Positions 19,414 to 27,489 of a stretch of 64,000 bases of DNA are shown piece after piece. The stretch is taken from the NCBI GenBank assembly GCA_041484665.1, contig JBGPIA010000001.1:416001-480000 (forward strand), in the 5' to 3' direction. Every line of letters begins with the position of its first letter. Within the stretch, counting starts at the first letter, position 1. The translations under genes were made by a program, and so were the position numbers. The DNA is from Candidatus Krumholzibacteriia bacterium. GTDB taxonomy: Bacteria > Krumholzibacteriota > Krumholzibacteriia > JAJRXK01. Below the pieces are notes generated by a model. The model made no database searches. It worked only from the letters and a program-made list of their open reading frames with translations, and was not told the DNA's origin.

Positions 19414-20832
19414 ATGGACAGCAAGCGTACCGGATCGTTTATCGAGGGAGTGTGGGACAAGTCCATCGTCCCGAAGCTCTGCGACTACATCAAGATCCCC
19501 AACCTCTCGCCCATGTTCGACCCGAGCTGGGAGCGCGCCGGCCACATGGACAGGGCCGTCGAGCTCATCGCCGACTGGTGCAAGGGGCAGGGCATCAAGG
19601 GGCTCACGCTCGAGGTGATCCGCGAAAAGGGGCGTACGCCCTTGATCTTCATGGACGTGCCCGGCGACGCCGGGGACACCGTCATGCTCTACGGGCACCT
19701 CGACAAGCAGCCGCCCATGACCGGATGGAGCGAAGGGCTGGGCCCGTTCACGCCAGTGATCCGCGATGGCCGACTCTACGGGCGCGGCGGCGCCGACGAC
19801 GGCTACGCGGCATTCTGCGCCGTCACCGCGCTGAAGGCGCTGCAGGAGCAAGGTGTACGGCGCGCGCGGTGCGTAATCCTGATCGAGGCCTGTGAGGAGA
19901 GCGGCAGCGATGACCTTCCGTACTACGTCGACGCACTGGCCGCCCGCATCGGGACCCCCAGCCTGGTGGTCTGCCTCGACTCGGGGTGCGGCGACTACGA
20001 GCGGCTGTGGTGCACGACGTCGCTGCGTGGCTTGGTGATCGGCAAGCTCCAGGTCGAGCTGCTCCACGAGGGCGTACACTCCGGCGAGGGCAGCGGGGTG
20101 GTCGCCTCGAGCTTCCGCGTAGCCCGCTCGCTGCTCAGCAGGCTGGAGGACGAGCAGACCGGCGAGATCCGGCCGCGGGAGTTCCACGCTGAGATCTCAG
20201 CGCAGCGCCGCAAGCAGACGGCAGCCGTCACCAGCGTGCTGGGCCAAGATCTCGTCGACAAGCTGCCGCTGCACCCGGGCGTCAAGCCGGTCACGTCCGA
20301 TCTGACGGAGCTGCAGCTCAACCGCACGTGGCGGCCGGCGCTCTCCATCACGGGCCAGGACGGGATCCCGCCCTACCAAAGCGGCGGCAACGTGCTGCGC
20401 CCGCTGACCGCGCTCAAGCTCTCGCTGCGCCTGCCGCCCTCCGTTGACGCCGATGCGGCGTCGGCGCGCCTCAAGCAGCTGCTGGAGAAGGACCCGCCGT
20501 ACGGCGCCAAGGTGACGTTCGAGCCCGAGAGCCCCGGCAGCGGATGGGCCGCGCCCGATCTTGCGCCGTGGCTGGAGCAGTCCGTCGACAGCGCCTCGGA
20601 GCGCTATTTCGGCAAGTCAGCCTGCTACATGGGCGAGGGTGGCTCGATCCCCTTCATGGGGATGCTCGGCCTCAAGTTCCCCAAGGCGCAGTTCCTGGTG
20701 ACCGGCGTACTGGGCCCTCAGAGCAATGCGCATGGGCCCAACGAGTTCCTCGACATCCCAACCGGCAAGCGCCTGACCTCCTGCGTCGCGCAGGTGCTCG
20801 CCGACCATGCAGCGCAGCTGAAAGGGCGCTGA
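19414..20832 (+). CDS. M20/M25/M40 metallopeptidase (dipeptidase-like)
   Basis: Motifs YGHLDKQP, GRGGADDGY, CEESGS, TSLRG, HSG, GGSIP and NAHGPNE. Confidence 0.93.
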   Translation: MDSKRTGSFIEGVWDKSIVPKLCDYIKIPNLSPMFDPSWERAGHMDRAVELIADWCKGQGIKGLTLEVIREKGRTPLIFMDVPGDAGDTVMLYGHLDKQPPMTGWSEGLGPFTPVIRDGRLYGRGGADDGYAAFCAVTALKALQEQGVRRARCVILIEACEESGSDDLPYYVDALAARIGTPSLVVCLDSGCGDYERLWCTTSLRGLVIGKLQVELLHEGVHSGEGSGVVASSFRVARSLLSRLEDEQTGEIRPREFHAEISAQRRKQTAAVTSVLGQDLVDKLPLHPGVKPVTSDLTELQLNRTWRPALSITGQDGIPPYQSGGNVLRPLTALKLSLRLPPSVDADAASARLKQLLEKDPPYGAKVTFEPESPGSGWAAPDLAPWLEQSVDSASERYFGKSACYMGEGGSIPFMGMLGLKFPKAQFLVTGVLGPQSNAHGPNEFLDIPTGKRLTSCVAQVLADHAAQLKGR

Positions 20833-20857
20833 GCGAGCGCCCGGGAGGATCCCTGCC

Positions 20858-22888
20858 ATGACCCCCGGCTCTGGCCCGCTGATGCGGGCCGATCACAGCC
20901 TGCGGCAACGCTTGCGCGACCGGCCGCTCGTGGCACTCGGCCTGGCCGCACTCGCCGCCCTGGCGATTGTGATGCTAGCACGCACCGCCCCGCTCGCCGC
21001 CGACGCCGCACCCGGGCGCGCTGCGGCCGCGCCCGCACGCGACGGCCGGACCGCGTCGCCCGCGCCGCGCGCCGTTGCCCAGTACACGATCGAGGAGTTC
21101 CTCGCCACGACCAACCTGCAGGGCGCGTCGTTCTCCCCGGACCACGACAAGATCCTGCTCAGCAGCGATCAGACCGGCGTGTTCAACGCTTTCGCCGTGC
21201 CGTTGGCCGGTGGCGAGCCCGTGCAGCTCACCAACAGCACCACCAACTCGATCTTCGCCGAGTCGTACTTCCCCCATGACGAGCGCTTGCTCTACTCGAG
21301 CGATCAGGGGGGCAACGAGCTGGACCATCTCTACGTGCGCGAGCTCGACTCGAGCGTGAAGGACCTCACGCCCGGGGAGAAGCTCAAGGCCGAATTCGTG
21401 GGCTGGGCGCACGACGATAGCTCGTTCTTCATCAGGACCAACGAGCGTGACGCACGCTACTTCGACCTCTACGAGATCGCGGTCAACGGCTATGCCCGCA
21501 CCCTGGTCTACCAGGACGACACGGGCTACGAGCAAGCGACCGTGTCGCCCGACAAGCACTGGATCGCCTTCCAGAAGGTCAGCACCACCACCGACAGCGA
21601 CATCCATCTGTACGACCGGCAGAGCAAGCAGCTGCGCCCGCTCACCCCCCATCAGGGGGACGTGGTGAACCAGCCGGTGGGGTTCAGCAGCGATGGGAAG
21701 AGCCTGTACCTCATCACCGACGCCGGCAGCGAGTTCAGCTATCTGGCGAAGATGGATCTCGCCTCCGCCAACAGTGAAGTCGTGGAGAAGCCCGACTGGG
21801 ACGTCCCCTTCGTGGAGTTCAGCAAGGGGGGGCGCTACTGCGCCGTGGGCATCAACAGCGACGCGAAGACACAGATCCGGCTCTACGCCGTGGACGGTTG
21901 GAAGCCGGTGACGCTGCCGCAGCTTCCAGACGCCGAGATCTCGGCCGTGAGTATCTCGGGCGACGAGTCGACGTTTGCGTTCTACGCCAGCGCAAGCCGC
22001 CTGCCTCGCGACCTGTTCGCCTGCGCGATCGGCGGCCAGAGCGCCCGCCAGCTCACCCACTCGCTGACCCACAAGATCGATCCACAGGATCTGGCCGAGC
22101 CTAAAGTCGTGCGCTTCTCGAGCTACGACGGCGTAGAGGTCCCCGGGATCCTGTACAAGCCGTACGGCGCCAGCCCCCAGTCCAAGGTGCCCGCGCTGGT
22201 CTGGGTGCACGGTGGCCCCGGCGGCCAGGCCCGCGTGGGCTACCTAGCGCTGATCCAGTACCTCGTCAATCACGGCTACGTCGTGTACTCGATCAACAAC
22301 CGTGGCAGCTCGGGTTACGGGAAGACATTCTTCAAGATGGACGACCGCAAGCACGGCGAGGCCGACCTGGGCGACTGCATCGCCAGCAAGACGATGCTGA
22401 TCGACACCGGGTACGTGGACCCGGCGCGCATCGGGATCCTGGGCGGCAGCTACGGCGGATTCATGACGCTGGCGGCGCTGGCTTTCCACCCCGACGAGTT
22501 CGCCGCAGGCGTGGATCTCTTCGGCGTGGCCAACTGGGTCCGCACCTTGCAGAGCATGCCCGCGTGGTGGGAGTCCATCCGCAAGGCGCTCTACGTCGAG
22601 CTGGGCGACCCCGTCACGGACGGCGAGCGGCTGCACCGCATCTCACCCTTGTTCTCGGCGGGCAACATCAAGAAGCCGCTGCTGGTGCTCCAAGGCAAGA
22701 ACGATCCGCGCGTGCTCAAGCAGGAATCCGACGACATGGTGGCCGCTGCGCGCGGCAATGGCGCCACCGTCGAGTACCTCGTCTTCGATGACGAGGGGCA
22801 CGGCTTCGTCAAGAAGGAGAACCAGGTGCGCGGCTACAAGGCCGTGCTGGACTTCCTGGACAAGTACCTCAAGGGATCGGCGATGTAG
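20858..22888 (+). CDS. S9C peptidase (dipeptidyl aminopeptidase / acylaminoacyl peptidase), secreted
   Basis: Beta-propeller N-terminus, then HGGPG, RGSSGYG, GGSYGG (Ser), NDPRV (Asp) and DEGHGF (His). Confidence 0.93.
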   Translation: MTPGSGPLMRADHSLRQRLRDRPLVALGLAALAALAIVMLARTAPLAADAAPGRAAAAPARDGRTASPAPRAVAQYTIEEFLATTNLQGASFSPDHDKILLSSDQTGVFNAFAVPLAGGEPVQLTNSTTNSIFAESYFPHDERLLYSSDQGGNELDHLYVRELDSSVKDLTPGEKLKAEFVGWAHDDSSFFIRTNERDARYFDLYEIAVNGYARTLVYQDDTGYEQATVSPDKHWIAFQKVSTTTDSDIHLYDRQSKQLRPLTPHQGDVVNQPVGFSSDGKSLYLITDAGSEFSYLAKMDLASANSEVVEKPDWDVPFVEFSKGGRYCAVGINSDAKTQIRLYAVDGWKPVTLPQLPDAEISAVSISGDESTFAFYASASRLPRDLFACAIGGQSARQLTHSLTHKIDPQDLAEPKVVRFSSYDGVEVPGILYKPYGASPQSKVPALVWVHGGPGGQARVGYLALIQYLVNHGYVVYSINNRGSSGYGKTFFKMDDRKHGEADLGDCIASKTMLIDTGYVDPARIGILGGSYGGFMTLAALAFHPDEFAAGVDLFGVANWVRTLQSMPAWWESIRKALYVELGDPVTDGERLHRISPLFSAGNIKKPLLVLQGKNDPRVLKQESDDMVAAARGNGATVEYLVFDDEGHGFVKKENQVRGYKAVLDFLDKYLKGSAM

Positions 22889-22942
22889 CGATCTGCCCGC
22901 TCCCGCCTCGCTGTCGGCGCGCTGCCCGAGCTCTGCAGCGCA

Positions 22943-23722
22943 TCAGGCGGGCGCTCCAGCGCCGTCAGCCCCCGGTGCGAATCGCTCCGCCAGGCGGAAG
23001 AAGTTCCCGAACACCGTTCGCGCCAGCGCGCTGCTGTCCACCGCCTCGCGCAGCAGGGCCTGTGGATCGAGCTTCAGCTCGGGATGACGCTGCGCGCGGG
23101 AGTGGCAGAGCTCGCTGGTGTCCTGCGCCGGCAGCTCGGCATGGAATTGCACGCCCCACACGGGCTGGCCCGGCACGCGCAACGACTGCACGGCGCACTG
23201 CTGCGACCGCGCGAGCACGGTCAATCCCGCACCGCGCACCGCGCCGTCGACCACCTCATCCTCGTGCGACAGGAACGTCGTGAAGCGCGGCCCGGCCCCG
23301 GCCAGCAACGGATCGTCGTGCAGCACCTCGATCTGCTTCCACCCGATCTCGGGCTGGCGCGCCTTGCGTACGGCGGCCGGGCCGGCCAGCGCGTACGCGA
23401 TCGCCTGGTGCCCGAAGCACACGCCAAACATCGGCACACGTGCCGTAGCCGCCGCGCGGATCGCTGCCAGCACGCGCTCCACCCACGGGATGCCGGCAAG
23501 TACCGACGCCGCCGAGCCCGTGAGCACCAGCCCCGCGTAGCGGTCGACGCCCGCCGGCAGCCCACCGGGCAGCCGGTCGTGCGCGGCGCGGACGACCTCC
23601 GCGCGGCGTCCCTGGAACAATGGCAGGAATGCCGGAGCGGCGCCCGCTTCATCCACGTAGCAGTCCACCAGCAGGTATGGCTTGTCCGTCCCGGGCGCCC
23701 TTGCGCCCGGCGCTCCGCTCAC
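22943..23722 (-). CDS. Stand-alone type 1 glutamine amidotransferase (GMP-synthase-like GATase domain)
   Basis: Motifs LTGS, GVCFGHQ (Cys), EIGW, SHEDEV and GVQFHAE (His-x-Glu). The GTG start overlaps the HtrA stop. Confidence 0.88.
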   Translation of the reverse strand: MSGAPGARAPGTDKPYLLVDCYVDEAGAAPAFLPLFQGRRAEVVRAAHDRLPGGLPAGVDRYAGLVLTGSAASVLAGIPWVERVLAAIRAAATARVPMFGVCFGHQAIAYALAGPAAVRKARQPEIGWKQIEVLHDDPLLAGAGPRFTTFLSHEDEVVDGAVRGAGLTVLARSQQCAVQSLRVPGQPVWGVQFHAELPAQDTSELCHSRAQRHPELKLDPQALLREAVDSSALARTVFGNFFRLAERFAPGADGAGAPA

Positions 23723-24786
23723 GCCTCCACTGGCACGCACTCGAGCTCCATCAACTCCCCATGGCGCAGGATCGACAGGCGTACCGGCTGTGGCGGCCCG
23801 TCATTGCGTAGCAGCCCGGTCAGGATGCGATGGATCCCGTCGACGTCGGCCACGTTCCGGCCGTCCAGGGCGTAGATCAGGTCCCCGCCGCGGATCCCGG
23901 CGCGCTGGGCGGGCCCGTCCGCCTCGACCGCCATCACCTGCACCGCGGCCGCCGCATCGAGCTCGAGATGCCGCTGGATGCGGCGGTTGATCGGACGGCT
24001 CTGGGCGCTGATCCCCAGGTAGGCGCGGCGTACCTTGCCGCGGGTCACGAGCTCACTGACCACCCAACGCGCCGTGTTCACCGGGATCGCGAACGAGATC
24101 CCCTGCGCCATGAAGATCATTGCCGTATTGATCCCGACCACGCGCCCGCGGCTGTCCACGAGCGGCCCGCCGGAGTTGCCGGGGTTGAGCGCCACGTCGG
24201 TCTGGATCACGTTGTCGATGAGGCGCCCGGACGTGCTGCGCAGGCCACGGCCCAAGGCGGAGATGACGCCGGTGGACACGGTGCTCTGGAATCCCAGCGG
24301 GTTGCCAATGGCGATCACCAGCTGCCCCACGCGCAGCTGGCCGGAGTCACCCAGCGTGGCGCTGGGGAGGCTGGCCTCATTGGCGCGGACGATCGCCAGA
24401 TCGCTGGCCGGGTCGCTGCCCACCACCTGCGCGCCGCAGACGCGCCCGTCGGTGAGGCTCACCTCCACGGACTGCGCGCCGTCGACCACGTGGTGATTGG
24501 TCAGGACGAATCCATCGGGGGCGATGATCACGCCCGAGCCAGCGCCCCCGCCTTCGCCGCTACGGCCCTGCCCCGGGCTGCGCCGGCGCACTGCGATGCC
24601 CACCACCGCTGGGCCGACCGCTTCGACGACGCGCACCACGGCGCGCGAATAGGCGTCCAGCAGCTCGTCGTCGGTGTCCGCGTGCAAGCGGTGCAGGGGC
24701 TTCGGTTGGGGTGCGGGCTGGGGGCGGGCAGGCGAGGCCGGCCCGGATGGCTCGCCGCCTTGCAGTGCGGTCGCACGATCGCGCAT
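23719..24786 (-). CDS. HtrA/DegP-like trypsin serine protease with one PDZ domain, no signal peptide
   Basis: Motifs GSGVII, LTNHHVV, DLA, AIGNPLG and QTDVALNPGNSGGPL, then a C-terminal PDZ. AGGAGG precedes ATG 24786. Confidence 0.93.
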   Translation of the reverse strand: MRDRATALQGGEPSGPASPARPQPAPQPKPLHRLHADTDDELLDAYSRAVVRVVEAVGPAVVGIAVRRRSPGQGRSGEGGGAGSGVIIAPDGFVLTNHHVVDGAQSVEVSLTDGRVCGAQVVGSDPASDLAIVRANEASLPSATLGDSGQLRVGQLVIAIGNPLGFQSTVSTGVISALGRGLRSTSGRLIDNVIQTDVALNPGNSGGPLVDSRGRVVGINTAMIFMAQGISFAIPVNTARWVVSELVTRGKVRRAYLGISAQSRPINRRIQRHLELDAAAAVQVMAVEADGPAQRAGIRGGDLIYALDGRNVADVDGIHRILTGLLRNDGPPQPVRLSILRHGELMELECVPVEA

Positions 24787-24866
24787 GGCTGTCCTCCTGG
24801 CAGGGGGGTCGGGTCCCCGGGCTCGGAGCACAAGCTAATGCGGGCGGCGCGCTCCGCCCGGCGCCG

Positions 24867-25949
24867 TCAGCGCATGCCCGCAAACTGGAGGTGCGTCTCG
24901 AGGGCCCGCAGCCGGTTGTAGAAGACGTCGACGTCGCGCCCCCGTGCCACCTTCGCCTCCGCTTCGAGCCCGCGCAGCGCCTCGGCCGCACGGCGGCCGG
25001 CCTGGCCGTGGTGCTCGAAGAAGCGCTCGCGGTAGTGTGCGCGCTGCTGGGCGAACCGCTCGGGGTGCGCCAGCGCGCCCTCCACGGCGGCGCACAGCTC
25101 CTGCGGTTGCACCACGCGCGGCGCAAAGTCGCGGTAGAGGCGCTCCACGTCCTCCGTCGCGTCAAGGTCCGGATTGTCGAGCAGGACGACGGGCCGGTCG
25201 ATGGCGCAGGCCTCGAAGGCCACGCCGCTGTAGTCCGTGACGACGGCGTCGGCCGCCACCACGGTGGCGATGGAGGCATCCGCTTCGTCGATCCAGCGGA
25301 AGCGCAGCGGGAGCGTCGTGAAGCGCTCGCGCTCGGCGACATACGACACGGGGTGCAGCTGCAGCAGCAGGTCGATACTTCCCGACAGCCCGGCGAAGGC
25401 CGCAGCGACGCGCTCGACGGCGCAGTCGCTCCCAAAGGTCGGAGCGTAGAGCACGACGGTCCGGTCGGGGGGGATTCCCAGCTGGGTGCGGGCCCGCGCC
25501 CGCGTCAGGACGCCGTTGAATACGTCGTCGAGCTTGGGATACCCGACCACCTCCGTGCGCACGCCGTGGCGCGCCAGCAGGTCACGCCCGAAGCGCGAGG
25601 CCACCAGTACGCAGTCGTACTCGGCGTTCTTGGCCGAGTACGTGTACTGCTTGCTGATCACCGCGTACTGCATCCGCACGAGACGGCAGTACCGCGCCGA
25701 TACCGGCCGCGGCTTGATGATCGGCAGCGTGGCCAGCAGATGGGGCTCCAGGATGAGCTCGCCGTGGGCGGCCTTGATCCCCCGCGCCTGCAGCCAGCCT
25801 AGGGTGCGGCGCACCCCCGCAGCGCCCTCCCCACGCTCGGCGCGCGTCCAGAACGGTACGACGTGCACCTGGGCGTCCTGCAAGTGCCGCAACACGGGCT
25901 CCCAGTTGTGGTAATCCCACGGCTCACTGACGTAGAAAGTCATGGACAT
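24867..25949 (-). CDS. CDP-glycerol:glycerophosphotransferase (TagB/TagF) family protein
   Basis: Motifs VGYPKLD, VLYAPTF, QLHP, ADAVVTDYSGVAFE and RPVVLL. Confidence 0.85.
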   Translation of the reverse strand: MSMTFYVSEPWDYHNWEPVLRHLQDAQVHVVPFWTRAERGEGAAGVRRTLGWLQARGIKAAHGELILEPHLLATLPIIKPRPVSARYCRLVRMQYAVISKQYTYSAKNAEYDCVLVASRFGRDLLARHGVRTEVVGYPKLDDVFNGVLTRARARTQLGIPPDRTVVLYAPTFGSDCAVERVAAAFAGLSGSIDLLLQLHPVSYVAERERFTTLPLRFRWIDEADASIATVVAADAVVTDYSGVAFEACAIDRPVVLLDNPDLDATEDVERLYRDFAPRVVQPQELCAAVEGALAHPERFAQQRAHYRERFFEHHGQAGRRAAEALRGLEAEAKVARGRDVDVFYNRLRALETHLQFAGMR

Positions 25950-26734
25950 GGAGCGGACTCCTCGGCGGGCCTGGGTTCAATCCCCGCCGCCCGGACGCGG
26001 GGGAGCCGCGCCACGGCCAGGTGCTTGAGCACGGGATGGATGACCGTGAACGTCCGCCCCGCGCCTTGATCCTGCGCGGCGGGCGCGTGGCCGCCGGCCG
26101 CGCCAAGCTGCTGCAGCGCCTCCACCAGCACGACCGCGCGGATCCACGCATCGTAGACGAAGTCGAGATCGCGGGGGTCGATCCCGCACGGCGCCGCAAA
26201 CCTGCGCCTGACCAGGATCGGCCCACTGTCCAGCTGTGGCTGCATGAAGAACGCCGTCGCCCCCAGCGCCCCCGTGAGCAGCAAGCTGTAGAAGATGCAG
26301 GTGCTACCCCGCAATTGGGGCAGCGGCCCGGGGTGGACGTGAAGCCAGCGCCGCGCCGCGGCGAGCGCCTCCGCGCGCAAGACACCGCCCCCGCTGAACA
26401 CGGCGACGTCGGCGCGGCGGCGCGCCACGGCCGTGACGACCGCAGGGTCGTTCACATCGGCCGCTGCGATCTCCGAGCTGGCCAGCCCCGCGCGTGCCAG
26501 CGTCGCGCGCAACGAGAGCGCGGGATCGAACGCGTCCGCCGGCGCGCGCCCCCAGCGCGGATCCGTCACGTCTGCCGCCTGCCGACCCAGCAGCAGCACG
26601 TGGTCGGGCGCCACGCCCGCTGCCAGCATCATCTGGAGGTAGCCGCGCGCCCGCAGTCCTGGATACGCCACCAGGAGCACCCGGTCGCCAGGGCCGTGCT
26701 TTGCGCCCTCGCGCTGCTGCCGCGCGCCGGTCAT
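25940..26734 (-). CDS. Formyltransferase-fold protein (Formyl_trans_N only)
   Basis: Motifs DVND, FSGGG, LHVHPGPLPQLRGS and LDSGPIL. No Fmt C-terminal domain. ATGA coupling to the upstream gene. Confidence 0.78.
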   Translation of the reverse strand: MTGARQQREGAKHGPGDRVLLVAYPGLRARGYLQMMLAAGVAPDHVLLLGRQAADVTDPRWGRAPADAFDPALSLRATLARAGLASSEIAAADVNDPAVVTAVARRRADVAVFSGGGVLRAEALAAARRWLHVHPGPLPQLRGSTCIFYSLLLTGALGATAFFMQPQLDSGPILVRRRFAAPCGIDPRDLDFVYDAWIRAVVLVEALQQLGAAGGHAPAAQDQGAGRTFTVIHPVLKHLAVARLPRVRAAGIEPRPAEESAPCP

Positions 26735-27489
26735 ACGTTCTCCTCGCGCGGCCACGCAGCAACGGCGTCGATCAGCGTGCGCTCGAGAACCAGGCCTGCC
26801 TGCCCGGCGAGCGCGTCGAGGGGTGCGAGCTCCCAGAGCCCCGCCTCCACCCGCGCGCCAATGAGGTCGACCAGCTGGAGCAGCGCGTTGGCGGCCACCA
26901 GCGCGGCGGGGCGGTCGTGCTGCACGCAGGAGTGGCCGCGCCAGCCGGCGGCCAGCGCGAGCCAGGCGTAGACGGCAGGGGCGTCGCTGCGGTCCCCGAC
27001 CCGCCGCAGCTGCGCGTCGTAGCGGTCGAAAACGCGGCGACGGACCTCGAATCTGCGCAACAGCCGCTCGACCATGGTGACCGTCCAGATGACGTGCGCT
27101 CCCCCACCGGCCAGGCTCCTCCCGCGTGGCAAGCAGGCCGTTAGGATGTCCTGCAGCAGCGTGACGGTGACTGCCGAGCCGTCTGCGGCGAGCGCGCCGT
27201 CCCAGGCTGCCCGCGCGCGCGCCAGGTCGTGCTCGAGGGCGGGCTCGGGCCCGTCCGCCGCCGGGCGCGCCTGGTTGGAGGTCAAGGGCTGCAGCGTCGC
27301 GCGCCAAGCATTGGGGATGTGCGCGGCAGTGCTCGCCGCCGCGGACACGGACGCGCGCAGGCGCGCCTCGAGCGCGCGGCGTGCCCGCAGCCAGCGCGCC
27401 AGGAAGCTGCCGTCCTCCACCGGCGCGTAGCTGTAGGGCGAGGGCTGTCGCAGCCCGGCCGCGGTCTGGTAGACGTACTCAGAGGGCAC
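26731..27489 (-). CDS. Hypothetical protein (252 aa, predicted helical) in the phosphoramidate operon
   Basis: Overlaps both neighbours (11 nt and 4 nt). GAGG SD. Segments YSYAPVEDGSFLARW and LLRRFEVRRRVFDRYD. Confidence 0.75.
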   Translation of the reverse strand: MPSEYVYQTAAGLRQPSPYSYAPVEDGSFLARWLRARRALEARLRASVSAAASTAAHIPNAWRATLQPLTSNQARPAADGPEPALEHDLARARAAWDGALAADGSAVTVTLLQDILTACLPRGRSLAGGGAHVIWTVTMVERLLRRFEVRRRVFDRYDAQLRRVGDRSDAPAVYAWLALAAGWRGHSCVQHDRPAALVAANALLQLVDLIGARVEAGLWELAPLDALAGQAGLVLERTLIDAVAAWPREENV

